Shown one piece after another: positions 39,156 to 48,954 of a DNA stretch of 64,000 nucleotides. The stretch is from Candidatus Omnitrophota bacterium (lineage in GTDB: Bacteria; Omnitrophota; Gorgyraeia; Pluralincolimonadales; Pluralincolimonadaceae). Positions within the stretch are counted from its first letter, which is position 1; each line of letters begins with the position of its first letter. The stretch spans positions 68,579 through 132,578 of the forward strand of contig JBAZFB010000002.1 in the NCBI GenBank assembly GCA_041653595.1, given 5' to 3'. The notes below the pieces were generated by a model. The model saw nothing but the letters and a program-made list of their open reading frames with translations, had not been told where the DNA came from and made no database searches. The position numbers and the translations under genes were made by a program.

Positions 39156-40319
39156 ATGATCCTGCACATAGACATGGACGCTTTCTTCGCGTCCGTTGAA
39201 CAAGCCATCAACCCGCGGCTTAAAGGCAAACCCCTGATAGTAGGCACGCGCGAAAGGAAGCTCCACACGGTCGTTTGCGCGGCCAATTATGAAGCCAAGG
39301 CCTTAGGTATCGGCTCAGGGATGTCTTCTGATGAGGCCTTTAAGATATGCCCGGACCTTAATTTTGTCCCGGCAGAACAAAGCAAATATATCTGGACCTC
39401 AGGCCGGATATTGGAGCTTATCAAAGGATACGGGTTTGAGACCGTATATGTTTCGATAGATGAGTTCCAGGTGGATGTGGGAAGCGAACAAGGGACAGTC
39501 CCCATGCGGGGACAGTCCCTAGCTGAAGATATACGGCGCAGGATAAACAAAGACTTCAATATAACGGCCTCCGTAGGCATAGCGAAAAATTGCCTTCTTG
39601 CCAAACTTGCCTCAAAGATAAATAAGCCCAACGGCATAGCCGTCCTGAATGAATCAAATTTAGCTGAAATCTTGGCCAAAACACCGGTCGAAAAATTATG
39701 CGGGGTGGGGGAGAAGACAGCCGAAATTTTTTGGGGTTTAGGGGTAAAAACCTGCCTGGACCTGTACGCCAAAACGCCCAAATTTCTGGAGCGGAATTTA
39801 GGCAAGAACGGGCTCAATCTTTACGTGTCATTGCATGCCGAAGAGACGCTTGAGCCGGCCGATGATGACCCGGACCCCAAATCCATTGGCCATTCGTACA
39901 CCTTGCCGAGATCCACAGAAAATCCTGGGTTTGTCCGCGCCTGGATACGCCTTTTGGCCGATATGGTCGCTGAGCGCCTAAGGCAGCAAGGCCTGGCAGC
40001 GGCAACAACACACCTATGGCTGAACGGGCCGAAAGTAGGCAATTTCGGGGCCCAAAAGACATTCCCTGAAGCCACCAATGACGGCCAGGAGATATTCCGG
40101 AGAGTACTTGTTAATATGTCCAAATTAGGGCCAAACACGCCCAAAACAAGGGCTTTAGGCGTAACCTGCAGTAGTTTCACACATACCAGTTATTTGCCTT
40201 TATTTGACCAACAGAAGCGCCGGGAAGCGCTCCTGAAGGCGGTAGACAGGATCAATGACCGCTACGGAGACGGCTCGATTTATCCCGCCGTTATTACCTT
40301 GACCAGGAAGATGCAATAA
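39156..40319 (+). CDS. dinB: DNA polymerase IV (Y-family)
   Basis: 'MILHIDMDAFFASVEQ', 'SIDEFQVDV', 'LTASVGIAKNCLLAKLAS'. Adjacent to lexA. Confidence 0.9.
   Translation: MILHIDMDAFFASVEQAINPRLKGKPLIVGTRERKLHTVVCAANYEAKALGIGSGMSSDEAFKICPDLNFVPAEQSKYIWTSGRILELIKGYGFETVYVSIDEFQVDVGSEQGTVPMRGQSLAEDIRRRINKDFNITASVGIAKNCLLAKLASKINKPNGIAVLNESNLAEILAKTPVEKLCGVGEKTAEIFWGLGVKTCLDLYAKTPKFLERNLGKNGLNLYVSLHAEETLEPADDDPDPKSIGHSYTLPRSTENPGFVRAWIRLLADMVAERLRQQGLAAATTHLWLNGPKVGNFGAQKTFPEATNDGQEIFRRVLVNMSKLGPNTPKTRALGVTCSSFTHTSYLPLFDQQKRREALLKAVDRINDRYGDGSIYPAVITLTRKMQ
39490..39520. repeat. 31-bp palindromic element copy 2, in-frame inside dinB (encodes QGTVPMRGQSL)
   Basis: Exact identity to 39103-39133. 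Confidence 0.9.
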
Positions 40320-40428
40320 AGGGGACGTGTCACTTGGCGAAGTCCCTCCTCAGAGGGAGGACACTCTAAAAATAGTTGAAAGTTTTTTTCCTCTTTTAGC
40401 GTCTATATGGCTAAAGGAGGGATTTTTT

Positions 40429-40947
40429 ATGGGTAAGTTGATTATACATAAGGTAATAGAGCAGAAGATATTCGTAATAAGGTGAAAGAAAGTAATCGTT
40501 GATAGGGACCTGGCTGAGCTTTACGGAGTAGAAACAAAGCACTTAAATAGGCAGGTAAGGAGAAATATCGACCGTTTTCCTAAAGAGTTCATGTTTCAAC
40601 TTACCGAGAACGAGAAAAAGGAACTGGTGACAAATTGGCACCAGTTTAAGCCATTAAAGCACTCATACGTGCTGCCATATGCTTTTACGGAACATGGAGT
40701 AACTATGGCGGCTATGGTATTGAACAGTGACACTGCCATAAGGATAAGTATTTTTATAGTAAAGACTTTTATCAAACTCCGCGAGATTATTGCCTCTCAG
40801 AAGGAATTAATAACCAAGTTTAGCGAGCTTGAGCTAAGGGTAGATAAGCATGACAAAGATATCTTAAATCTGATCAGAGTTATCAAAGAATTATTAGAAC
40901 CGAAATTTGAGGAAAAGCCGAAGCGGAAGATAGGGTTTTATCCCTAA
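40429..40947 (+). pseudogene. ORF6N/KilA-N-like DNA-binding protein gene, frameshifted near 40480
   Basis: 'MGKLIIHKVIEQKIFVIR*' then, in another frame, 'VDRDLAELYGVETKHLNRQVRRNIDRFPKEFMFQLTE...LPYAFTEHGVTMAA' (ORF6N hallmark). Confidence 0.6.
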
Positions 40948-41290
40948 AAATAGTTATGACTAAGGTATGGTGTCAAGGCAAAAACTGCAACTAATGGTTG
41001 CAGAACTAACTCCGCGGGGCGCCCACCAATGGTGCGAGAAATCTCTGAAATAGGGGCCATCCAAGGCCAAATTCCGGGCATTATCTATGCCATAACCAGC
41101 CAGAAATCCGCCTCACAAGCTATCCGATAGAGACAACTCAGCGTGAAGGGAAAGACTTATCCACAGCTTATTCCGTGTGCTCCTGTACTTAACATAAGAT
41201 ATATTATAGGACGTTGAGCCTGGGAGCGAACAAGGCTGGAAAGACGCTTGATTTTGGGTTTTTAAGGTTGTGATTCCGGAGGGTTTTGTC

Positions 41291-42079
41291 TCAGGATCTC
41301 TTTTTCGACAGGATCTTTGACATCTGCCGGTGGATCTTCCCGTTAGACGCCAATATTTCTTTTAGGTAATGATTGTAGGGCTTGCCCGAAAACGTGGTCA
41401 CCTCTCCCCCGGCTTCTTTGACTATGAGCCAGGCTGCGGCCGTGTCCCAGGGATTCAGGCCTAATTCCCAGTAGCCGTCAAGCCTGCCGCAGGCCACATT
41501 GCACAGGTCCAGGCTCGCGCTGCCTGCCCTTCTAACTGCCTGCGATGATACGAGGAAATTCCTGAAATGCCTTAAATTTGTCTCCATGGTTTTCCCTAAA
41601 TTATAGGAAAAACCCGTCATCAAAAGGCTCTTTTTGAGGTTTTTTTGCGAGCTTACTTTTATGCGTTTGCCGTTCAGGAAGGCGCCCTTGCCGCGTTCAG
41701 CGAAAAAAAGCTCGCGGCGTTCGGGGTCATATACTATGCCAAGTATGGGTTTTTTGTCTTTTTCCAGGGCTACGGAAATCGAATAAAAAGGGAAACCGTG
41801 GGCGAAATTCGTGGTCCCGTCTATCGGGTCTATTATCCATTTGAGGTTCGAGCTTGCCTTGATCTCCCCGATCTCTTCAGACAGGAATCCTATATCCGGG
41901 AAAGCCCCGCGCAAAGAACGTATAAGCAAGCCCTCAACCTCGTGATCGACATTCGTCACGAGGTTTATCGAACCCTTGAAGGCTATGCTCTTGATCTTCT
42001 TGCTGTTTTCTTTGAGGTATTTCCCGGCTTTAAGGACTATCCGGCAGGCTTCGTTTTTAATAGCTATTTTTTCGGACCC
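41291..42079 (-). CDS. suhB: inositol monophosphatase family protein (SuhB-like); N-terminal start codon unclear
   Basis: 'IDPIDGTTNFAHGFPFYSISVAL', 'WDTAAAWLIVKEAGG'. IMPase N-terminal helix 'IAIKNEACRIVLKAG' lies upstream of the first canonical start, after an in-frame TAG at 42080-42082. Confidence 0.65.
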   Translation of the reverse strand, partial: GSEKIAIKNEACRIVLKAGKYLKENSKKIKSIAFKGSINLVTNVDHEVEGLLIRSLRGAFPDIGFLSEEIGEIKASSNLKWIIDPIDGTTNFAHGFPFYSISVALEKDKKPILGIVYDPERRELFFAERGKGAFLNGKRIKVSSQKNLKKSLLMTGFSYNLGKTMETNLRHFRNFLVSSQAVRRAGSASLDLCNVACGRLDGYWELGLNPWDTAAAWLIVKEAGGEVTTFSGKPYNHYLKEILASNGKIHRQMSKILSKKRS

Positions 42080-42158
42080 CTATGGGCTTTGCCTGACATG
42101 CGTTTCTTTCTTCTTTTGGTCCTGAGTCCTCTAGGTATCGCCATAGTTTGCCTCCTTT

Positions 42159-42656
42159 TTATTGTTTAGACAGGTGTTTATCTATGTATTCCATAAGCAT
42201 GTTCTGGTGTTTCTTTTCGGTTTCCAGGAACTCAATGCCGACTAGGAAGGTCCGCTTGCCGTCTTTATCGAGGCGCTCAATGCCGTTACAACCCTCGCAC
42301 CAGGCGATCTTTCCCCTTAATTTTATGGCTTCTTTTGAGTTTGGCACCGAGATCTCCATATCGATCAGAGAGTCTTTCGGCAGTAGTTCGAATACCAAAA
42401 TGGAAATACCCGACTTGCTTATGTTTTTTGTGTTGGTCATAAAATCGGATCTCGCGGCAGGGATGAGGTTGTATTTAAGGTCGAGTTCGGTATCGAAACG
42501 TTCGCATCTCCTTCTCTCCTTCTCTCCTGCGCAGTATTCCTCGACCTTCCCGCGCGTGGCGTATTTCTCGTTTCTCTTCCTCTCTTCCTTGCACGAGAGG
42601 ATATAGATCACGAAAAAGACGGCCGCCGTTAGAATGAAAACGAGTATGATGTTCAT
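42159..42656 (-). CDS. membrane-anchored PilZ domain protein
   Basis: N-terminal TM. 'RRRCER' and 'NISKSG' c-di-GMP binding motifs. Confidence 0.7.
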   Translation of the reverse strand: MNIILVFILTAAVFFVIYILSCKEERKRNEKYATRGKVEEYCAGEKERRRCERFDTELDLKYNLIPAARSDFMTNTKNISKSGISILVFELLPKDSLIDMEISVPNSKEAIKLRGKIAWCEGCNGIERLDKDGKRTFLVGIEFLETEKKHQNMLMEYIDKHLSKQ

Positions 42657-42704
42657 TTGATTTAGAGTATATACGTTATTTTATCGCCTGTCAATGGATT
42701 GCGG

Positions 42705-44885
42705 CTATACAGTCCAGGTCCGGGATTCGTAATCCGGCCCCGGGAGCCATATCTCTATCTCCCCGGACTCCGGGCAGCGTTCTATCACGGTGCCGGCGGT
42801 CTCGACCGTAACCGTCAGCTTTAACAGGTCTCCCGGCCCGGCCTTGATATCTTCGAATTTTATAGCCAATTCCAGTATCTTATCATAGGCGACGGCGGCG
42901 TCTCTTTTTACCTCTGCCCATGTCCCGTCTTTCACCTTTTCGGATATTACATATTGCGGATCCTTGCTGTTGCGCAAAAGCGGCGCGGAAACCTTTATTC
43001 CTTTTTCCTGGAACAAGAGGTTAAGGTTGAATTCTTCTTTATGTCCGTTCTCCTTGTCCAGGGGAATATCAAACCGTAAATAAAGGGCCTCCGGATCGAA
43101 ACCGAAATATATCTGTTTTATTATCGTTTCCGACTGGTGCATAGTGCCGCCGCGCTTGCTGGTATCGATCAGGCCCGCGTTTATCCATTCGAAATAGTTC
43201 GTGTCCATTCCGTCTATCACGGGTTTTGTGAAACCGTATGGTTCCCTTATGATCTTCGCCTTCTTTGCCCTTATCGGCAAGGATAGGTACTCGGGAGGTT
43301 CTTTGCCTATCAGGATGTAGACATTCGCGAGGTGCGACCTGAAGAGCCGGTCGAATTCCTCATCGTTGGCCGAGGAATTGTCATCACCGTACCACCAGTT
43401 CCAGTCGCTTCCCTCGGCTACGTAGATCTCTTTCCAGGCCTTCCGGAGGGTATCGGGGTCAGGCTGTTGCTTCTCGTAGTCCTTAAGGACGCTCCTGGTC
43501 TCTGAGAGATATTCCCACGCTTTATTCTTTTCCTCGTGTCCTATCCATATGCAGAAGTTAGCGTTTATCCATGAGCCCGGATGGAGCCTGTTGAGCTTAT
43601 CCTGCGCCGGGAACTCGTCCAGGTATTCCGAGACCGTTACGAATTTTAAAGCCGGGTCGTTCGAAGCGTTCCTGTATAAACAGTTAAGGAAGTCGCCGCC
43701 GTCGTTAGGATAAAATTCCCACGCGTTCTCTCCGTCAAGGATTATAGGGACAAGATACGGGACTTTGGATCTCGGGAGCCTCTCCTTGATCGCGCGCAGG
43801 CGGTTTAGCAGGTCTCCCGCGGCATTTTCCGCGCTCCAGCTCTGGTATGCGAAGCCTATAGAATCCGATAAGGCCCTGTCCCTGAATATGAGCGATAATC
43901 CGCCCTGCTTTCTTTCAAACATATACGGCCTGTAGAGGGCTTCCTGCGTTTTTTCCCTCCCGAGCGACCTGAAGAGTATCTCTTCGTCCGTAGCGGCCCA
44001 TTTGAGTCCCGCGTCTATTATAAGGTCTGCGGCCTGTTCGCTTACCGACCCCTCTGAAGGCCACATGCCCCTCGGCGGCCTTCCGAACTTCTCCGTATAG
44101 AATTTTACCGCCATATCTAACTGCGCCTTGGCGTCTTCCGGATGGCGGAAATTTATCTTGGGCAGCCTGATCTCCGGATAGGATATCTTTGCCGCGTCGG
44201 AATCGCACAGTAAAGGCAGTATCGGGTGGAAGAACGGTGAAACCGACACCTCTATGCCGCCCTTCTCCTGCATATCCTTGTAGGTAGGTATTATTTCCCG
44301 CATGATCCCTAGCTGCTTTTCCATGACCAGCTTCTTGTCTTCTTCGGAAAAGTACTTCCCTTTCCTGACAAGTTCCTTGAGTTGGGAGTCTTTTTCCCTG
44401 AAAACGGGGTCGATCCACGCCAGGTTGAAAAGCAGCTGGAGATCGGTGAAATCCTGGGGGGTGAAACGCTTGGCAGCGGATGAAGCGTCTTCGGAAGAAA
44501 AATGTCTCCCCCTTTTTACCAGCAGGTCGTAATATCCCGGGAAGGGTTTTATCATCGTATCCCAATTCGCCATAAAGAAATTGCGCAGGATAAAAAGTTT
44601 TTCCTGTTCGGTAAGGTCGGCGGGTTTCTTCAGGGTAAGCTCATAGGACCTGTCTTTTTTCGAGCCGGGATCAAGCATATCCTCTATCTGTTCGATAAGT
44701 GACGGAACGAGATTAAAGGTCTGGTGGATACGCGGGAAACCCTGCAGGATCTTTACCATGTCCAGATAATCCTTGACGGCATGGAGCCGGACCCACGGCA
44801 TGACCGTCTCCCCGGTAACGAGGTTTCTATAGAAGGGCTGGTGCATGTGCCAGACAATGGCTATATATAGAGGAGAATCAGACAT
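42705..44885 (-). CDS. glycoside hydrolase family 57 (alpha-glucan processing enzyme)
   Basis: GH57 hallmark 'WHMHQPFYRN' and catalytic region. 726 aa. Confidence 0.8.
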   Translation of the reverse strand: MSDSPLYIAIVWHMHQPFYRNLVTGETVMPWVRLHAVKDYLDMVKILQGFPRIHQTFNLVPSLIEQIEDMLDPGSKKDRSYELTLKKPADLTEQEKLFILRNFFMANWDTMIKPFPGYYDLLVKRGRHFSSEDASSAAKRFTPQDFTDLQLLFNLAWIDPVFREKDSQLKELVRKGKYFSEEDKKLVMEKQLGIMREIIPTYKDMQEKGGIEVSVSPFFHPILPLLCDSDAAKISYPEIRLPKINFRHPEDAKAQLDMAVKFYTEKFGRPPRGMWPSEGSVSEQAADLIIDAGLKWAATDEEILFRSLGREKTQEALYRPYMFERKQGGLSLIFRDRALSDSIGFAYQSWSAENAAGDLLNRLRAIKERLPRSKVPYLVPIILDGENAWEFYPNDGGDFLNCLYRNASNDPALKFVTVSEYLDEFPAQDKLNRLHPGSWINANFCIWIGHEEKNKAWEYLSETRSVLKDYEKQQPDPDTLRKAWKEIYVAEGSDWNWWYGDDNSSANDEEFDRLFRSHLANVYILIGKEPPEYLSLPIRAKKAKIIREPYGFTKPVIDGMDTNYFEWINAGLIDTSKRGGTMHQSETIIKQIYFGFDPEALYLRFDIPLDKENGHKEEFNLNLLFQEKGIKVSAPLLRNSKDPQYVISEKVKDGTWAEVKRDAAVAYDKILELAIKFEDIKAGPGDLLKLTVTVETAGTVIERCPESGEIEIWLPGPDYESRTWTV

Positions 44886-44965
44886 GAAGGTCCTTTAAGT
44901 TATTCCTGCTCGCTATGTATGGTGAAATTATCGAAGATAATTTCACCGCGCTCGTAGGGATTATC

Positions 44966-45003
44966 CGCTTCGCGGATAAAAAAACCCCCTGGGGTTTTCG
45001 CCC
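44966..45003. terminator. bidirectional intrinsic terminator between GH57 and porin genes
   Basis: AAAAAAACCCCCTGGGG-ttttcg-CCCCAGGGGGTTTT. Confidence 0.7.
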
Positions 45004-45028
45004 CAGGGGGTTTTCCATCTAACTGATG

Positions 45029-46627
45029 TTAGAAGGTTACTTTCACACCGCCAGTCACGATCACAGCAGGGGTCGTGCTCTTGGTGAAACCATCATTGTT
45101 GTTGCTATAGAACGTCTCCGGAACGAACACGGCGCCAGTTAGATCGAACTGGACATCTTCCGTGTAATCGTACAGGATCGTCGTATCGACCTCATCACCG
45201 AGGTTCCTGCTTCTTCCGTCGACCGGTTTCTTCTCGGTCCAGAAGTGCAGCCATCTCGCCTTGATTGAGAGGTCGTCCATCGGTTTCAATCCGCCATCGA
45301 TGTACATGGTTATCGCGTCTGTTGAACCTGACGGATCTTTCATGTCTAACGTCGAGTAGATGTTACCACCGATGTTGTTGAACGCAGCCTGCTGACCGGC
45401 CATGTAACCGCGGATCATGGACAGGGAGTTGCCCCTGAACATCGGATCCCACGCGGTCCACTTGCCGCTGTTGCCGGCGTTCTGGCCTGAAAGAATTTCG
45501 ACGCCTAAGCCTAAATTAGGTTTGTAGGCGACTTCTTTCCAGGTATAGTTACCATAGGCATTGATAGCCCAGGCCAACTTGCCTCTGTTGATCGAGCCGT
45601 TATCGGTGCCTTTGCCCCACGGACCTTCAGAGTCCTTGAGCTGGCCCCACTGTAACGCGCCTTCACCGGAAAGTACGAGGTTCTCGATCGGATCGATATC
45701 ACCCCTCATACCGAATACATGTGTTTCTTCCTTCTCGTATACCCTAGCTCCTACGCCCGGAACGGACTGGTCCAATATGAAACCGCCGAACGCGGCGCCG
45801 GTCGCTGTGTAATCGACTGTGTCAATCAATCCCATGTCATCGTTCAAGCCGGGATTATACTTGAAGAAGTAGTAAGCTTCGGCCTTCGCATTGTACTGGT
45901 CGAACTTGTATGCGACATTGGCACCGGCCAACTCTTCATCGACTCTCGCGGTTCCGGTCTGGCTGATCTTCGAATAGATAGCATCAACCGTCCACGGATC
46001 CAGGTCTAAGGTCGCGCGTATAGCGTCATAATAGGTAGCGTCGCTAAACTGCAAACCGTTAGGACCGCCCGGCGTGACGAGCTGGTTTCCACCGCCTAAG
46101 TTGAAACGGTCAACCGCTAGATCTTGCTGGGGTAACCCGAATGTATTCTGCGGGTCCCTGAAGATACCAGGTCCGACTATGAAACCGTTACCGAATTTCA
46201 GGTCCTGACGTCCGACCTTCAATGTCAACGGCTGATAGAAGAACTCTTTCAGCGTTACGAACGCCTTGTTCACCTGTACGCCGTCACCAAGAATGGCATT
46301 GTTGCCCCACTTGGTCTGGTTTGACAGAACGATCGAAGCCGAGACGTTATCGGTCAGGTCAGAATCCACTCCGACCTTTATGGTCGAGAGAATGAAGGAT
46401 TCTGAATCTTCGTTTATGGAGTTGCCTGAACCGGCTATCTGAGGCATAGGAGGAGCAAAGCGCCTTGCTGTGCTTTCTTCGCTCTTTGACGCTAGGTCAA
46501 AGTTGCTCATATAGATAGCCTGTTCCTCTACGGAACCGCTAACTTTAATGTTCTGTACCGCAGCGAACGTAGGAGCCGCTATCGCGACTACTATCGCAGC
46601 TACGAAGAGAACTTTCATTAACTTCAT
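45029..46627 (-). CDS. outer-membrane porin-like beta-barrel protein
   Basis: Signal peptide 'AIAAPTFAAV'. C-terminal 'GGVKVTF' with terminal Phe. Confidence 0.6.
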   Translation of the reverse strand: MKLMKVLFVAAIVVAIAAPTFAAVQNIKVSGSVEEQAIYMSNFDLASKSEESTARRFAPPMPQIAGSGNSINEDSESFILSTIKVGVDSDLTDNVSASIVLSNQTKWGNNAILGDGVQVNKAFVTLKEFFYQPLTLKVGRQDLKFGNGFIVGPGIFRDPQNTFGLPQQDLAVDRFNLGGGNQLVTPGGPNGLQFSDATYYDAIRATLDLDPWTVDAIYSKISQTGTARVDEELAGANVAYKFDQYNAKAEAYYFFKYNPGLNDDMGLIDTVDYTATGAAFGGFILDQSVPGVGARVYEKEETHVFGMRGDIDPIENLVLSGEGALQWGQLKDSEGPWGKGTDNGSINRGKLAWAINAYGNYTWKEVAYKPNLGLGVEILSGQNAGNSGKWTAWDPMFRGNSLSMIRGYMAGQQAAFNNIGGNIYSTLDMKDPSGSTDAITMYIDGGLKPMDDLSIKARWLHFWTEKKPVDGRSRNLGDEVDTTILYDYTEDVQFDLTGAVFVPETFYSNNNDGFTKSTTPAVIVTGGVKVTF

Positions 46628-46913
46628 TTTCGAATCTCCTTGGTTAAGTTATATTCTGAAACAGGTTTAAAAAACAAACCCACGTATTTTCCATTTATAT
46701 TGCTTATCATCATGATTTTGATAGCTTCCGGCGTTTTAAGTTCATCCCTCCTCTCTCGCCATGTCTGAAACCATCCATGATGGTAGAGCCCAACTTTGTG
46801 CTTAAATTAACATAATAGGGGGTGTTTGTCAAGCATTTTTTGCTGTTTTTAGGGTATTTTTTAATGAACCGCCGACGGGCGGTTTATGGCCTTCAGGGCG
46901 CTCCCGTAAGCTT

Positions 46914-47840
46914 CTATTTTCTTTCCATCTCCACGGAACGTTGGATCACTATCTTGAGCTTGGAAGATTCGTCGCCGCTTATGAGCGCTGCCGCTTCGTC
47001 GACTGACATACCGGATACGGATTTCCCGTCGATCGAGACGATCTTGTCCTTCGACTTTATGCCGGAAAGGTCGGCCGGTTCACCCACTATGACGCTGTTG
47101 ATCAGGAGGTCGTTGCCTGCGGCATCCAGGAATATCCCCACCCCGACGAAAGAATGTTTCTGGTAGTCGATCTTTTTCCTGGTAAGTTCGCATTCCCTCT
47201 GTACGAGGAAAACAAAAGCGGTATTATCTCCCTTAGAAAGGTAGTCGGTTATCTCTTCAAGGGATTTTCCGCCGGCGGCCATATCATTGATCTGTATTAT
47301 TTCGTCTTTCGGCCTTAACCCAACGGCTTCCGCTTTTCCGCCGGAGGCGACATTGGACAGGGCTATCGTGCCGTTTGAAGGGTCGATGGTGAAGCCGAAC
47401 CCGCTTTTGACCTTGTCCTTCTTTTCGGCCGCTTCTCTCTCCCTCTGTTCCAGCTCTCTCCTTTTCTTCGCCTCAGCTTCGCCCTTGATCTTTTCCGCTT
47501 TTGCGAGCGCGTCTTTCGCAGGCTGGTAATCCGCGTTCGCCCGGAGGGCTTTATTAAATTGTTCTATGGCGGCATCTAAATTATTTGCAGCGAGGCACTG
47601 GTTCCCGAGGTTGACGAGGTTCTCTTCCGCGGGTATTTTTTTTATTTCCGCGATCATGTCCTTATTGACCTTCATCGTGCCGATCTTGATCTTTACGTTG
47701 TAATAGTCATTTCCTTCTTCGGTAATTACCCCTTCGATCTTCCTGCCGTCATTTAAGATGATAGTATCGGCGCGGGCCGCAGGCCTAAGGCAGGCCCCCA
47801 AGACACAAACGGCAAATACAAAGACAAGGATCCTTCGCAT
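46914..47840 (-). CDS. lipoprotein with TPR-like region and two PDZ domains
   Basis: Lipobox 'VLGAC'. PDZ 'GFGFTID...GLRPKDEIIQIND' and 'VGVGIFLD...GIKSKDKIVSIDG'. Confidence 0.6.
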   Translation of the reverse strand: MRRILVFVFAVCVLGACLRPAARADTIILNDGRKIEGVITEEGNDYYNVKIKIGTMKVNKDMIAEIKKIPAEENLVNLGNQCLAANNLDAAIEQFNKALRANADYQPAKDALAKAEKIKGEAEAKKRRELEQREREAAEKKDKVKSGFGFTIDPSNGTIALSNVASGGKAEAVGLRPKDEIIQINDMAAGGKSLEEITDYLSKGDNTAFVFLVQRECELTRKKIDYQKHSFVGVGIFLDAAGNDLLINSVIVGEPADLSGIKSKDKIVSIDGKSVSGMSVDEAAALISGDESSKLKIVIQRSVEMERK

Positions 47841-48000
47841 CTTAAACTCCTTTCTATTCCCCCGAAGATGCCTCGGCAGCCGTCTTCGGATCATCATCGA
47901 ATCCTATTATAGTGATATCATCCGGAATTCGCAACTCATTTTCCGGGATATCATTTTGGCGCGGCTTCCTTAAGACAAACTCGGGGCGGCCGTCAAGCGT

Positions 48001-48456
48001 TTACTTTAAGGGTGATTTCGGTTTTTCGGATTTCGGGCCTACGGAGATGGTGATCGTGGATTTGGTCCTGTTGCCTTCTATTACAACGATGCAGTTTTGT
48101 CCGGGTTTTTCGAAACTCATCTGTTTCAACCCGAATTCTATTGTGTTAATCGGCTGCCAATTGTAAACGGGCATATTCTGTTTATAGAACTGCATGACGG
48201 ATTCCTGCCCGGCCTTGCCCTCGTATCTCAGGACGCCTGCCCTTACGGATTCGGTCTGGAATATGAATGATTCTTTGGAGAGTTGCGAAAAACCCGCGGG
48301 TACGGGAATATCGTCAAATCTCAGTAGCGGGGAAACGGCAAGATTTTTTTCAACGGCGGATGACCCCTGGCCGGTCGTAGCGCAGCCGCCGGCAGACAGG
48401 GTGATCAGTGGAATCAGAAAAAAATAGATCGCGACGCGAAAACAGGGTCTTTTCAT
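48001..48456 (-). CDS. hypothetical lipoprotein
   Basis: Lipobox 'LSAGGC'. Confidence 0.5.
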   Translation of the reverse strand: MKRPCFRVAIYFFLIPLITLSAGGCATTGQGSSAVEKNLAVSPLLRFDDIPVPAGFSQLSKESFIFQTESVRAGVLRYEGKAGQESVMQFYKQNMPVYNWQPINTIEFGLKQMSFEKPGQNCIVVIEGNRTKSTITISVGPKSEKPKSPLK

Positions 48457-48539
48457 CTTTTCCCATAGTAAGAGAGGGACAGAATTTCTTCCATCCCTCT
48501 ATTTATTATAATGTCCTATAGGAACTGTATTAACTGATG

Positions 48540-48875
48540 TTATTTCGTCGGCTGTCCGATGAATTCTGGGTTCAACCAGGTTTTTTCATACGGAGGAATC
48601 GGGAACGTTACGGTGTCAAAAAGACCAGAGGCCGTCCTGACTATACCCTTAACCGTTCCTTTCAGGCCACCAACGATGACGCCGAATACCGGATTGCTCT
48701 CCTTTATCGACTTATCCATCGCGATAGGGATCTCAACCCAACCTGTCGCAAAGTTGGCTAAACCTCTGCGCAGTTTGCTTCCGGCATTAGCAGCATAGCT
48801 CGGTACTGCCATTCCGATAAGCAATGATATAACAAAGAGTACCAGCACCATTTTCCATACGTTGTTCTTGAACAT
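48540..48875 (-). CDS. small secreted protein, exosortase-system-associated-like (KLxRGxxNxxxGWxExP motif)
   Basis: 'SKLRRGLANFATGWVEIPIAM' matches my recollection of the TIGR04073-family signature. Confidence 0.45.
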   Translation of the reverse strand: MFKNNVWKMVLVLFVISLLIGMAVPSYAANAGSKLRRGLANFATGWVEIPIAMDKSIKESNPVFGVIVGGLKGTVKGIVRTASGLFDTVTFPIPPYEKTWLNPEFIGQPTK

Positions 48876-48954
48876 GATTTTTTGTGTCACCTCCTCTCGG
48901 TTAACATCATTGAGCAAAATATAGCATAGTAGTAATTTTTTGTCAATAAAAAAA

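Noticed and set aside
26095-40346. GGGAC-containing repeats as a CRISPR array
   Set aside because: Copies are kilobases apart and on both strands, with variable internal sequence and no regular spacers.
44890-45028. Possible small RNA between GH57 and porin genes
   Set aside because: The hairpin with flanking A- and T-runs is fully explained as a bidirectional terminator for two convergent… actually co-directional minus-strand genes. No promoter-like elements seen.
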